Part shown: positions 17,057 through 28,542 of the stretch, in pieces | Numbering within the stretch: position 1 is the first letter of the stretch | Layout of the letters: each line of letters begins with the position of its first letter | DNA from: a virus | Lineage: Duplodnaviria; Caudoviricetes | Reading direction: 5' to 3' (one strand) | Virus record (IMG/VR): IMGVR_UViG_3300030117_006441 | Coordinates: 1 to 54,287 of that record | DNA length: 54,287 nt | The notes under the pieces: model-generated | The model's input: only the letters and a program-made list of their open reading frames with translations | The model's database searches: none | Told to the model about the DNA's origin: nothing | Translations under genes and position numbers: made by a program

Positions 17057-18526
17057 ATGTCAGATTCACGAAAAAGAGCAATATTAGCTCAAGGAAAAGA
17101 AAATAGATTAGACTCTGCTTTAAATGCACTTACTATGAGTGCAGTAGGTTATTTTAAAAGTCAAGATGATAAAATAGAAGAAGAAAGATTAGCTGAAGAA
17201 TACGAAAAAAAACAAAACGTACAATTTAGAAAATCTCAAGTTAATCAATTAACTTCTAAAATGCCTAGTATAGATCCTAATAAATATGGAGATGTTCTTT
17301 TTGATAACACTGCATTTGTTGAATATTCAGAAGATGTAAGAAAAGCTATTAAAGCTACAGAAGTAGGTAAAAATTATACACCTAGAGGTAGTGTTTTATC
17401 TGATATAGCTAACGAAACATTGTTTGAGTATGGTGGTAGAGCTATAGATTATAGCCCAGGTATTAGTATAGATGAAATAGATAACTATGAAGCTTATCTT
17501 TTTGGTAAAAATGCTGTTGGAACACCCTTAGAAATAGCAAATAGAAATAATTGGGGTGGTGCATTAGAAATAGAAGAAAACACTGATTCTGCTTACTTTG
17601 GAAAAGCTGTTATTGATAGTGAACAATATGCAGATTTAATAGACAAAGGTTTAATTGATTATATGCCATCTGATGTTTCTGGATTTTATTTATTAGAAAA
17701 AAATGATGTAGACCAAATACAACAAAATTGGGAATATTGGAAATCAGGATTTTATTCTAGTGGAGAATTACAAACACCTGATAGCGTTACTAGATTAATA
17801 CAAGAAAATAATCAAGAAATTAGAGAAAAAGAATCTGAATTATTAAAAAATGAAAATTATAAAAGCATGTCTGACAGTATCTATGAATGGAATAAAATTG
17901 TAAGAACTCCTTTTGCAGATGGTGATCAAATGGGAGGTATTTTAGAGCATAGCGATAAATTGACTGATTTTAAATTTAAATATCAAGAAACTCCTGAATC
18001 TTTACAAGAAATTGAAAGTATGAGTTTAAAAGATTTTCAAGAAAATTTTCCTGGAGTATATCAATTATATCATAGTCATATTTCTATGGCTGATGCAGCT
18101 AGTTTTTATTACAGTAATAAAAATATGATAGATGCAGAATTGATAAAAATGCCAGATGTTAATTTAAATTGGCAAAAGCATTTACAGGCATACAGTGATG
18201 TAAATAATATAAGAATGCAAGAAGGTATGCTTATGGATATGCAAGAATCAGAATATATGAAAATGAATTTAATGAATTTTGAAGGAAAGTCAAGCGTTGT
18301 TAATGAACTATCTTTGTTAGATCAAAATATATTTAACCCTGTTTATCTTGAAAGTTTACCTGTAAATCAATTAGATGCAATATTAAATAAATTAATAAAC
18401 ATAGAAAACAGCTTTAAAGAAAACGATGATATTGGAGCAATGCTATTTTTAGAAAGATATGGATTTGGTTCTGTTCCTCCAGGACAAGCTTTAGCTAGGT
18501 TCATAGAAGAAAGGAGTCAAAGATAG
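17057..18526 (+). CDS. Putative internal virion / ejection protein
   Basis: Long helical ORF between tail genes and the RNAP-like gene. Confidence 0.45.
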   Translation: MSDSRKRAILAQGKENRLDSALNALTMSAVGYFKSQDDKIEEERLAEEYEKKQNVQFRKSQVNQLTSKMPSIDPNKYGDVLFDNTAFVEYSEDVRKAIKATEVGKNYTPRGSVLSDIANETLFEYGGRAIDYSPGISIDEIDNYEAYLFGKNAVGTPLEIANRNNWGGALEIEENTDSAYFGKAVIDSEQYADLIDKGLIDYMPSDVSGFYLLEKNDVDQIQQNWEYWKSGFYSSGELQTPDSVTRLIQENNQEIREKESELLKNENYKSMSDSIYEWNKIVRTPFADGDQMGGILEHSDKLTDFKFKYQETPESLQEIESMSLKDFQENFPGVYQLYHSHISMADAASFYYSNKNMIDAELIKMPDVNLNWQKHLQAYSDVNNIRMQEGMLMDMQESEYMKMNLMNFEGKSSVVNELSLLDQNIFNPVYLESLPVNQLDAILNKLINIENSFKENDDIGAMLFLERYGFGSVPPGQALARFIEERSQR

Positions 18527-19863
18527 TGGGTGCATTAAGTAAACGTATTGAACAAAATTTAGCTGCTGCTGATAGCAGCTTAAATAGCATTGAAGAAGAA
18601 TTAAGATTACAAATGGTAAAAGATAGTTTAGAGATGGCAAATAGTGCTTCTAAAAAATTAAATGCAATTATTGAAAAAAAAGGAAATAATGGAGAAGTAA
18701 TTATACCAAGTAATGCAATAAAAAATGAAGAAGAGTTTTTAAGTGTTACTTCTAATAGTTTAAAACAATTAGTAGATTTAGAATCTGATTTAAACATATA
18801 TGATGATTTCCAAGAGTATAATACTATGAGAAAAGAAATAGAAGAAATTAATGAAGCTTTTGATAATAATATTCCTTCTGGTATCTATGTAGATAGAGAA
18901 GGTGTTCCTCAAAAACAAAGCTTAATAGATAATCCTGATAAAATATATTATAATGATAAAAATTCTTTAGACAAAATTTGGGGTACTTCAATGTTAAATG
19001 AGTTAAATAAAGATGCTGATATATTTTTGACAGAAAAAGGTGAAGTTAAATTTTCCAATCCTATGCTTTCTTTAGAAAATATTACAAAATCTAGAATTAT
19101 TTCTCAAAATCCTGCTATAAGAGAGTTGGTATATGGCACTAATGGATTTAATGAATTATTAGATTTAAATAATTTAGATGCTGAGGGTGGCATTGCAAGC
19201 GGTGTAAAAGATGCATTAAATATTAGTACAAATAAAACACAAATATTAGAAGAAGCATTACACGCTAAGAGTAAAAATAAAAAATGGTTTATTGACGGTT
19301 CTGATAGCGATTTATATAAAAAGTTTTTAAAAGAATTAGATAATATCAAATCTGAAGAAGCTAAAGAAATTATAAAAATTAATCTACAAAAACAACTAGA
19401 TAGAATTTATGAGCAAGGTATGACTATATATAATGATATAGATATGTTTGATAGATATAACGAATTGCAAGAAAAGTTTCCTAAATATAAAGGATTTAAT
19501 GAAGATGTAAAATATATTGAAGAACATGGTAATGAGCAATTGCAAACATATATTAACAAAAGAGATGAATACAGGCAAAATAAAACATATTATGAAACTG
19601 TTTATGATACATCTTTTAATGTTAATGAAGCGTTAAATCAAATCTCTATAGGTTATTTAAATAAAGAATTAGAAAAACTACCTGATGAAGAAAGAACTTC
19701 AAATCTTGATAGTTTAATTATTAAATTATCAGATAGTATACAATCTGAAGATGAAGAAATTGAAAGACAATATGCAAATTATTTAGAATCTGACCCTGAT
19801 GATGCTATGCAACTAAAGTGGTTTAAAGAAATGTATAAATTAGATTCTAATCGTTGGCGATAA
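18526..19863 (+). CDS. Putative internal virion / ejection protein
   Basis: Coiled-coil-rich ORF; GTG start overlapping the upstream stop. Confidence 0.45.
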   Translation: MGALSKRIEQNLAAADSSLNSIEEELRLQMVKDSLEMANSASKKLNAIIEKKGNNGEVIIPSNAIKNEEEFLSVTSNSLKQLVDLESDLNIYDDFQEYNTMRKEIEEINEAFDNNIPSGIYVDREGVPQKQSLIDNPDKIYYNDKNSLDKIWGTSMLNELNKDADIFLTEKGEVKFSNPMLSLENITKSRIISQNPAIRELVYGTNGFNELLDLNNLDAEGGIASGVKDALNISTNKTQILEEALHAKSKNKKWFIDGSDSDLYKKFLKELDNIKSEEAKEIIKINLQKQLDRIYEQGMTIYNDIDMFDRYNELQEKFPKYKGFNEDVKYIEEHGNEQLQTYINKRDEYRQNKTYYETVYDTSFNVNEALNQISIGYLNKELEKLPDEERTSNLDSLIIKLSDSIQSEDEEIERQYANYLESDPDDAMQLKWFKEMYKLDSNRWR

Positions 19864-19878
19864 AAAAATAGAGGCAAT

Positions 19879-22800
19879 ATGAGCTTAGAAAGAGAATTAC
19901 AAGCCTTTTTACGAAATGAAGAACTTCGTAAAACAACAATGGGCAAACCTGCTAGACCACAAACATTAACACAACCAGAAGAATCAAGTTTATTAGATAG
20001 TATTGGTGAAACTGCGCAAGAGTATGTTGGTAATTTTATTTGGTCTGCTTTTGATGAAGCTACTTTTGGAGCATTAGGTCAGTTAGAAGAATCTCCAAGC
20101 TTATTAGATGCTGCACTAGGAGATTTAGCAGGCGATGCAAGACAAGTTTTATCTGGAACTCGTGATTTTTTAACTGGAGATGAAAAACAAACTGTTATTA
20201 ATCCAGAAACTGGTGAAGAAATGCAAATGCGAATGGGACCACAAAGTTTTGGTGGAAAACTAGCATCGGGAGCAGGTACATTAGCAGGTTTTATTGCAGG
20301 TGGACCTAAGGCTGCATTAAGTGTTATTGGTAAAGGTGTAACAGCTACTGCTGCAAAAGCTGCTGGTAAAAAAACATTGCAAGGCGCAATGAAAAAAGCT
20401 GAAAAAGAAGCTGTAGATATTATAGATAACGACTTAAGTGGTATATATCAAAAAAGATTACATTCTAATTTAGCTCAATCTGTACAAAAAACTATTAAAC
20501 CAGGAAGATTAAATAGTCCTGATAATTATAGAACTTTTATGCAAAATAGTATAAAAGAAAGTATAGAGCAAGGAGTAACTTCAGGTCAAATTACTAGAAG
20601 TGTAGGAGATCAATTAAGTGTTGTATATCAAAAATATTTATTAGATAGACCTTTAACTTCTGTTGCAGATTATTTTACTGAAAATATGGCAAATAAAACT
20701 ATAGCTTATGGTATAGGTTCTATGATACAAGAAGGTGCTATGTTTGGTATATTAGATGCAGCAAGAGAAGGATTGCATGTGGGATTATCTGCAGGAGAAC
20801 ATAAATACGATATATCCCATCCATTATGGGGTGGTATTGTAGGGGTTGCTTTTGGTGTAGGTAAGTTTCTTCCTGCAGCAGGTAAATCTAGTTCAGACAA
20901 AGTAGATTTTATATCTGCTATAAAAGGTAAATTTGCAAAACATAACAATTTATTAAGTAAACAAACGTTTGCAGAGCTTAAACACTCATCACAAATGCTT
21001 GGCAATAATCTAAAACCTTTAGGAGATTTACATAGAAGAAGTGTTAATTATCAAGGTAAAAATTATATATTTGATTTAACTCAACCAGAAGCATCTGCTA
21101 GAAGAATTTTAGATGGTGCAGGTAAAGCTGCTAGTGAGCAAAATATGGCTGAAATTACAAGGCTTGCTTTTGGAAAAACAGCAAATGGTATAGGTAATCA
21201 ATTAATTAAATGGGCAACTCACAATTCTTGGGAAAGTGTAAAAGAAAATTGGCCTAAAATGTTATGGGGCGGATTAGCTATGAATGCTCGTAGTTTTTAT
21301 GATATGGGAATAGTAGGTCAAGAAGTTCCTAATGATGATTTAGCTGTAAATTTTATGTTAGGAGCATTTTTAAATAGAAAAGGTTTAGCTAGAAAAACAG
21401 ATATGTTTCCTGAGCAATTAACTAGATTAAGAGAAGGATTACATATGCTAGATGTTTTACCATCTAAATATGCTGTAACAAATCCTATTACAGGAATACC
21501 AACATTAAATCCTTCAATATCATCCAATATAAATCCTATGGCTTCTGATAAACGTTTAAATTCTTTTGTAAAATTAGCAGAACAAAAAGGATTAACAACT
21601 AATAATTTTGATAATATAGATACTCCTATTACTCGTAAAGTAAGTCGTGGAGTAGTAGAATTTGATGTAACAGCAGGTGTTAAGTCAGCTAAGCAAAGTG
21701 GTGAAGATTTAAGTTTATTTTTTAGATTTTATGATTATCTTCATGGAGCAGCTAATAAAAAATATGTTAAAAATTTAGATTCTATATCTGAAACTACTGC
21801 AAAAGAAATTAATGATGCTCTTGCTAAAGAGTTTACTAACCAAGTTGAATTACAAAAATATTTAAAAACTACAGCAGATAATGTTGGAGATAGATTTGAA
21901 ACAGAAATTGTAAAAACAGGTATAGACATTGTAGGTCTTTTAGAAGGAAAAGAATTAAGAGCATCAAGTTCTGATGGTAATATTGGGAGTATTCCTGAGT
22001 TAGTTTTATTTAGTAACAAAGTAGTAGAATTAGCAAAACAAGGTAAACTAGGAAATGAAGTAAAATATTTTGAAAATATAAAGCCAGAAAGACAGCTTGA
22101 TGAATTATCTAAAATACAAGAAAAAGCAAGTAGCGTATTGGAAGGTTTACTAGAATTACAAAGAGGTACAAAACGTTCTGAAAATTCTTTTGTTAAGGTA
22201 AGAGATATGGAGCTTGTAGATCAACTTTCTAGGCTTATTAAGACTAAAGAAAATGTTATCAATACTGACTTAGGCTTTTCTGAAACTGCAAATAATAGAT
22301 TTAGTTTTTCTAGAATGGATGATATGATGGGTTACATGTCTAATAGAATATTAAATAAACGTATTAATAAGTTTTCTGAATTATTTGATGCTAGCAACCC
22401 TAAGTTTAATGAAATACAAGATTTATTAATTGATGCAAATATACTACAAAGCGATAAAGCTGATATAAGAGTAGGCTTAAAAATGATAGAGAGTATAAAT
22501 CAAGTAAAAATATTAGGAGCAGACGGTAAAATAGTTAAAGATACAGCATTGGTTTCAAAGGATAAAAAGTTTATTAGCTCTTTATTAGAAATTTTAGGCA
22601 CTAAAAATAGATATGATACTACAAAAGTAGGTGATGTATTTATAAGTCAAGAAAAATTAGCAAATTTAAAAAACATATTTAATACATTAGGCATTAATGT
22701 TGATTCTAATTTATTATCTGAGTTTAGTAATCAAATTGTTCAACGAGTAGCATATGAAAATTTTAAACTAACTAACATAACTCCAGAACAACAAGCTTTA

Positions 22801-25800
22801 TTTGAAGCATTTTATAGTTTAGGTACACCATCACAAAACAACAATTTTTCATTAATGGGATGGCATAAACCTTCTGGTAAAAAAGCTACAGGAATATTAG
22901 TACACAAAATTAAATATGAAGGTTCAGATCCTGAAATTATTGAAATTGTTAATAATTATAATAGAGAAGTCTCAAAGCTTAAAGAAAATGGTAAAACTCC
23001 AAAACAAGATAATGTTGTTACCGAAGGAGATACTTATACACTAACAGATAAAAGCACATTTTATATTATACAATCTGTAATGCAAGATGCAAAGCTAGCA
23101 AGTAATACTACTGCTAAATATGAATTGCAAACATATTTTACAAAAACAGCAGAAAATGAATTAGGAAGAAACGCAGCTCTAACATTTTTAAATGCTTACC
23201 CTAACAAAGCTTCTAAGCTAACTAAATTGTTAATTAATAATGGTGCTTTAGAAATGAAAAAAGGTACAGGTAAACAAGAGGGTACTTATGAATATCATGT
23301 AAATCAAGAAAAGTGGAATAAATCTCAAACTCAAGAGCAACTAAGAAAGTTTATTGAAGACTATGGTATTAATATGGATAGTTTAGATATAAAAATGACA
23401 CATGCTCAAAAAGATGTTCAAGCTTATTTTGATGAAATGTATAGTCCAAATGATGCAAAATCTAATATGCCATTACCTGAATTTTTTCAAAAATATAAAA
23501 TTAAAGATACTGATGGCAACTTAATACCTCCTAATCCAGTAGAAATGAATGATTTCTTAAATTCAAAATTAAAAAACGAACTAGGTGAATATAGAGGTTC
23601 AAAAGCTATAAAAGAAATATTTGATAGCATGGAATATAGTAAAGGAGATGCTAATGAAGCTTATCAAAGATTAGTACAAATGGTTACTAAGCATATGGAT
23701 GGTAAAAACAAAAGAGTTTATTTTTTTAGTGAAGGAAGAATTCAAAGTAAAGATAGTAACCTTCATTCTTATGATAATCCATATTTCCAATATTTAGACA
23801 AAATAGGCTTAGAATATGCTTTAGTTGACGGTTTATCTGTAGACTGGAATTTTCAAGGTAATAAACCTAGATTAAAAGTTTTAGATGTATTCCAATCTGA
23901 ATCTACAATTATTAATAAATACGATAGAACATTAATTAGAAATAGAAAAGATATGTTCTTACAATTATTAGCTAAAAAAACAAACATGGATAAATTTCCG
24001 TCTGGTATGGAAATAATTGAAATGCCTGGTATGAAGCTATCATTAATTATTGGAAAAGATATTGAAGTTGTTAATAAAATTAAACAACAATTTAATGAAC
24101 TTTATAAAAGAAATATAGATAAAGTTAAAGGAACTCCTAATGAAGATTTATTAATGACAGTAAAAGAAAATTTAGAAAAATCTACAAAATTTAATGATGA
24201 AGTAAAACAAGCTTTTCGAGCATTAATAGCTGAAAATATGTCTACTGGTAAAGATAAATCTTTATTTGTAGATATGTTAAATATGACTGAAGGTGATTTG
24301 CAGAAATTTTTTGTAAATAGGCAAACACTATATAATACAATGAAATTTCAAAGACTTAATGAGCAAGTATTAGAAAGTTTAGTTGATTCTTATGATTATA
24401 TAGGTAAAAAAATTAAAGATTCAGATAACAGAAGTTTAGATCCAGAAGGATTTAAAGCATCAAAATATTACTCTAAAAATAAAAAATTTGGTATTGCAGT
24501 TGTAAATGATAGTGCTGATAATCTAGGTTATAGTTTAAAGGAATCATGGGCTAAGCACAATAAAGGTAAAGAATGGAATGACTATTACGGTGGAAGAGAA
24601 AATGAAAGTGGATTTGATAGTATGACATACATTTCTAAACAAATGGCAGATATGTTATCTTTTTATTATGGTACTCCAAACTCTAAAGTATTTAAGCCTG
24701 TTATTAGTTCTCAAGGAGAAGGGAATTTAATGTATGGTAAAACAGCATTTATGTATGATCCTAAATTAGATTCTTTTTTTAAATCTAATCCTGGACTAGA
24801 TATTTTAATGATGGGAAGTGCAGATAAATTAAAAGTTGCACAAGATAAAATATTAACTATTCCTAAAGCAGATATATACAATACAGGAGCAATAAATAAA
24901 AAGAATATTATTGATTTGCCTATAAAAAGTATAGGAATACAAAGTATACCAGATAAAAAAAGTTTATCTAAATTAAGCCTTAGTGTTATTAATCAAAGCA
25001 CAGATGTAGACTTACAGCAAAAAATATATAATGATTATATTGTTCCTGATTTAGCTAGAAATTTAGAAAACTTAAGAAAAATTGTAAACGATCCTTTGGT
25101 TGAGCGTGAAATGATTAGAGAAATTAAAGAGGGTATGCATAAAGGAACTTTTGAATCTCAAGAATTATTAGATGGAGCAAATTACCACTTAGGTGCTCAG
25201 TTAGAATGGTTAAAATTATCTCCTTATGCAAGCTTAGATGTTTTTGGTAATCATTCTAAATTAAATTTATTTAAAAGCAAGTATATAGATACTGCATTAT
25301 CTGTAATGTCTGAATATATTGACCCTAGAACAAAAAAATCTATTACATATGGTGGTAAAAGTGTAATTGGTCAAAGATTTGATACTGATTTACAAGGAAC
25401 TTTATTTAATAATAAAACAGGAAAAATAGAAAGATATGGAGAAATTTTACTTCCTGAAGGGTTAGGGTCTGGTAATATAACATTTGACGGTAGAAACTTT
25501 AATATTAAAGTAATAGACACTAAAACAAATAAGTTAACTAATGCTAAAAAAATATTTGAAGAAATAATGGAATCTAAAGGCATTAAAAAAGAATCTATTG
25601 AATCTGGTTGGAAACATATGAGTGAATCAGAAGCACCATTAGAATCATTATTTGAATTTTTTAATAATAATACATTAAAAGACACGAGATATGACATTGC
25701 AGTTTCTACATTACGTTATCCTAGAACAAGACCAAATGATTTACATTTTTTACGTTTAAGAGGTTTTGTTAAAGGCGGTGGTCAAAAAACAATTGTAAAT

Positions 25801-28542
25801 GCTTTAGACGTATATAATATATTTGAAGGTGATTACGATATTGATAAAGTAGATTTTTGGTGGGCAGGTAGTAATGCTTGGTACGAAAATATACAAAGAC
25901 AACAAAAAGTATTTGTACCTACAGCGGATGTATCTACTGCAAAAGAAACATTGCCTAATATTAATTTACTGTCTAGAAATGCAAAACAAAACAATTTACA
26001 ATGGGATATACTAACAGGTAATAAAAGAGCTATTGGAGATCTTAGAGGTGTAGTGCAAGCAACATCTGCTAAAGTTAAGTATATTGATAATTTAGCTGCT
26101 TCTGTCACAAATGCTCAAGGTCAAACTAGAAAAGTTATTTTAAGAAATCCAAATATTAAAGAAGGTGAAAATGGATATTGGGAAGTAAGAATGGATTGGA
26201 ATAATTCAGATTATCATTTATCTCAAGCTTTAAATGGACAAATATTATTAGACGCAACATCACCCGATCCTAGTATTTTAAGGAGTACTAGAAATTGGAT
26301 GGTAGACTTTTTATTTCCTAAATTTAGCGATAAAAATAGTGTTTCTAGAGAAGATTTTATTAATTCTGATGGTACATATAATACAAACAGATTAAGATTG
26401 TTTATGCAAGATAAAAAAACAGGAACTGGAGAAGCTAAAGATAAAAGAGTTAGATTATTTAAACGTATTGAATATGTAAGAGAAGGTAATGAAATTATTG
26501 AAAGAGAAGTAGATTTAGATTTACTTGATATAAAACATATACAAACATTAATGAATCAATACTCTAAAATATTAGAAGTCTTACCAGGAAGAAAAGTACA
26601 TACTAATGGTGAATCTGCAAAAGCTACATACGAACAAATGGTTGAAACTTCTGAACTATACTTTAATTCTTTAGATAGAAATACATTTAGCAATAATATA
26701 TTTAGAAAATTATGGTATTCTAAAGATTTTGACCCTAATAGTGGCGATGGATCGTTTAATTTTCAAAGTGGTGTAGGTAAACAAACATTAAAAGATTATT
26801 ATGATTTTGCATATAGATATAAAAATGTTAAAGGAGCTGATGGCAAATATTCTAAACAAACATTATATAATTATGCTCCATATGCTAAGCAAAGTCCTTT
26901 CCATCCAGGTGTTATTGAAAACATGCATCGTGTATCTACTGGAGAAAGAGGTGGAGTTGCAGAAAAATCTTTACACTTACTTAAATCTGATCCTTTAAAT
27001 AGATTATTAAGAGATACCAGAGTATCTACTAATGAATCATTATTACAAGAAAGAAAATTAGCAGAAGAACTATTAAATAATGACGATTTTAATATAAAAG
27101 AAATTGCTGATTTTATGCCATCTTTAATGGGTGAATTAAAACAAGATTATAATGCTTTAAAAAGATTAAAGTTTTTATCATATAGATTATCTCAAAGTAG
27201 GACTAAAAATAAAATACAAAAACAAAAAGCATTTGATGAACAAATTAAAGTATTAGAAGAAAAATTAAAACCACTAGTTAATAAAAAGTTTAAATTTAGT
27301 AAAAGTACAAAAGATATTCAATTGCCTAAAATACTAGACATTCAAGATGACGCTAAATATGTTGATGCTACTGTATCATATTATACTTTAAATTATGCAA
27401 GAAATATATTTGGGGCTATGAATGCTAAGCCTGGATACAGAAGAAGCGTAACAGAGGCTAGAAAATTAGTTGGAGAATCTTATGCAAATAAAAGCGAGCT
27501 ATATGGTGTAGGCTATGGAAGAAGATCTATATATACTACTGAAATGGATAGAGTATTATCTAATCGTGAAAGTATTGCAGATATAGAAACAAAAATACAT
27601 AACGCTATTACAAAAGGTGTGAATGAGCATGGTATAAGTTGGTTATGGGATTTTGCTATGCCTTCTCAAACTGATATACAAGGATATATAGGAGTTTATA
27701 AAAATAATGCTATCCCTATGTCAGTTAAAGCATCTGGTAATTATAAACGAATTGTAAGATGGATGTTAGATGCTCATTCTCGTAAACTTCCTGAAGGTTT
27801 TTATGCAGCTTATGGTGGTAAATGGCAAGCAGAACATTTTACAACAATATTAAAACATTTAGCAGAGACAGATTTTGTTTGGAGAAACTATTTTAGTGGT
27901 AAAAGTAAACATTTACCATCAGATGTATTTGAGTTAAATAAAATATTAACTTATGGTGCTCCTAAATTTGATTATAAACTAAATAACTTATTTGAAAATT
28001 ATACTGATATTAAATCTACTAAACATATAGACGAGTTTAATCCTTTTGGTATGGGAAAAAGATACGGTCAGCAAATAGAATTTTTTAGAGCATTATCTAA
28101 TATGAATGAAGAAATATCTGGAGAAAAATTTAATAAAGGAGCTGAAATATTATCTTATACTAATCAGTTAATGATGGAAAATGGGTTTTTAACACCGCAA
28201 AAAACATTAGCATTACTTGGTGATGCAGCTAAACAGCTTGGACCTATGCTAAATAAAGTATATCCTGCTTCTGTTGACGTTAGAACTGGTGAAGCTAAAC
28301 CTTTAAGACCTATATCATTAGTAAATAATCCAGTACATGTTCTTATTGGCGGCAATGGTGGTAATGGTAGCCCTATGTCTTTAAACTTTTATAAAGCTCA
28401 AAGTAAATATGTTAGGGATATGCAAAAAAGTATAATTAAACAAGCTGAAAACATTAAAAACACTGAAGAAAATGTGTTTCGTAAAGAGTATTTTGAAACA
28501 AGACAACATGAAGATGTTAGTAAAAAACCAGGAGATTGCTAA
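19879..28542 (+). CDS. Virion-packaged two-barrel DNA-dependent RNA polymerase (crAss-like), 2887 aa
   Basis: LRYPRT (25714-25722) about 39 codons before EGDYDIDK (DYDID at 25831-25845), matching the DFDID-type catalytic loop; giant size; ejection module. Confidence 0.75.
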   Translation: MSLERELQAFLRNEELRKTTMGKPARPQTLTQPEESSLLDSIGETAQEYVGNFIWSAFDEATFGALGQLEESPSLLDAALGDLAGDARQVLSGTRDFLTGDEKQTVINPETGEEMQMRMGPQSFGGKLASGAGTLAGFIAGGPKAALSVIGKGVTATAAKAAGKKTLQGAMKKAEKEAVDIIDNDLSGIYQKRLHSNLAQSVQKTIKPGRLNSPDNYRTFMQNSIKESIEQGVTSGQITRSVGDQLSVVYQKYLLDRPLTSVADYFTENMANKTIAYGIGSMIQEGAMFGILDAAREGLHVGLSAGEHKYDISHPLWGGIVGVAFGVGKFLPAAGKSSSDKVDFISAIKGKFAKHNNLLSKQTFAELKHSSQMLGNNLKPLGDLHRRSVNYQGKNYIFDLTQPEASARRILDGAGKAASEQNMAEITRLAFGKTANGIGNQLIKWATHNSWESVKENWPKMLWGGLAMNARSFYDMGIVGQEVPNDDLAVNFMLGAFLNRKGLARKTDMFPEQLTRLREGLHMLDVLPSKYAVTNPITGIPTLNPSISSNINPMASDKRLNSFVKLAEQKGLTTNNFDNIDTPITRKVSRGVVEFDVTAGVKSAKQSGEDLSLFFRFYDYLHGAANKKYVKNLDSISETTAKEINDALAKEFTNQVELQKYLKTTADNVGDRFETEIVKTGIDIVGLLEGKELRASSSDGNIGSIPELVLFSNKVVELAKQGKLGNEVKYFENIKPERQLDELSKIQEKASSVLEGLLELQRGTKRSENSFVKVRDMELVDQLSRLIKTKENVINTDLGFSETANNRFSFSRMDDMMGYMSNRILNKRINKFSELFDASNPKFNEIQDLLIDANILQSDKADIRVGLKMIESINQVKILGADGKIVKDTALVSKDKKFISSLLEILGTKNRYDTTKVGDVFISQEKLANLKNIFNTLGINVDSNLLSEFSNQIVQRVAYENFKLTNITPEQQALFEAFYSLGTPSQNNNFSLMGWHKPSGKKATGILVHKIKYEGSDPEIIEIVNNYNREVSKLKENGKTPKQDNVVTEGDTYTLTDKSTFYIIQSVMQDAKLASNTTAKYELQTYFTKTAENELGRNAALTFLNAYPNKASKLTKLLINNGALEMKKGTGKQEGTYEYHVNQEKWNKSQTQEQLRKFIEDYGINMDSLDIKMTHAQKDVQAYFDEMYSPNDAKSNMPLPEFFQKYKIKDTDGNLIPPNPVEMNDFLNSKLKNELGEYRGSKAIKEIFDSMEYSKGDANEAYQRLVQMVTKHMDGKNKRVYFFSEGRIQSKDSNLHSYDNPYFQYLDKIGLEYALVDGLSVDWNFQGNKPRLKVLDVFQSESTIINKYDRTLIRNRKDMFLQLLAKKTNMDKFPSGMEIIEMPGMKLSLIIGKDIEVVNKIKQQFNELYKRNIDKVKGTPNEDLLMTVKENLEKSTKFNDEVKQAFRALIAENMSTGKDKSLFVDMLNMTEGDLQKFFVNRQTLYNTMKFQRLNEQVLESLVDSYDYIGKKIKDSDNRSLDPEGFKASKYYSKNKKFGIAVVNDSADNLGYSLKESWAKHNKGKEWNDYYGGRENESGFDSMTYISKQMADMLSFYYGTPNSKVFKPVISSQGEGNLMYGKTAFMYDPKLDSFFKSNPGLDILMMGSADKLKVAQDKILTIPKADIYNTGAINKKNIIDLPIKSIGIQSIPDKKSLSKLSLSVINQSTDVDLQQKIYNDYIVPDLARNLENLRKIVNDPLVEREMIREIKEGMHKGTFESQELLDGANYHLGAQLEWLKLSPYASLDVFGNHSKLNLFKSKYIDTALSVMSEYIDPRTKKSITYGGKSVIGQRFDTDLQGTLFNNKTGKIERYGEILLPEGLGSGNITFDGRNFNIKVIDTKTNKLTNAKKIFEEIMESKGIKKESIESGWKHMSESEAPLESLFEFFNNNTLKDTRYDIAVSTLRYPRTRPNDLHFLRLRGFVKGGGQKTIVNALDVYNIFEGDYDIDKVDFWWAGSNAWYENIQRQQKVFVPTADVSTAKETLPNINLLSRNAKQNNLQWDILTGNKRAIGDLRGVVQATSAKVKYIDNLAASVTNAQGQTRKVILRNPNIKEGENGYWEVRMDWNNSDYHLSQALNGQILLDATSPDPSILRSTRNWMVDFLFPKFSDKNSVSREDFINSDGTYNTNRLRLFMQDKKTGTGEAKDKRVRLFKRIEYVREGNEIIEREVDLDLLDIKHIQTLMNQYSKILEVLPGRKVHTNGESAKATYEQMVETSELYFNSLDRNTFSNNIFRKLWYSKDFDPNSGDGSFNFQSGVGKQTLKDYYDFAYRYKNVKGADGKYSKQTLYNYAPYAKQSPFHPGVIENMHRVSTGERGGVAEKSLHLLKSDPLNRLLRDTRVSTNESLLQERKLAEELLNNDDFNIKEIADFMPSLMGELKQDYNALKRLKFLSYRLSQSRTKNKIQKQKAFDEQIKVLEEKLKPLVNKKFKFSKSTKDIQLPKILDIQDDAKYVDATVSYYTLNYARNIFGAMNAKPGYRRSVTEARKLVGESYANKSELYGVGYGRRSIYTTEMDRVLSNRESIADIETKIHNAITKGVNEHGISWLWDFAMPSQTDIQGYIGVYKNNAIPMSVKASGNYKRIVRWMLDAHSRKLPEGFYAAYGGKWQAEHFTTILKHLAETDFVWRNYFSGKSKHLPSDVFELNKILTYGAPKFDYKLNNLFENYTDIKSTKHIDEFNPFGMGKRYGQQIEFFRALSNMNEEISGEKFNKGAEILSYTNQLMMENGFLTPQKTLALLGDAAKQLGPMLNKVYPASVDVRTGEAKPLRPISLVNNPVHVLIGGNGGNGSPMSLNFYKAQSKYVRDMQKSIIKQAENIKNTEENVFRKEYFETRQHEDVSKKPGDC

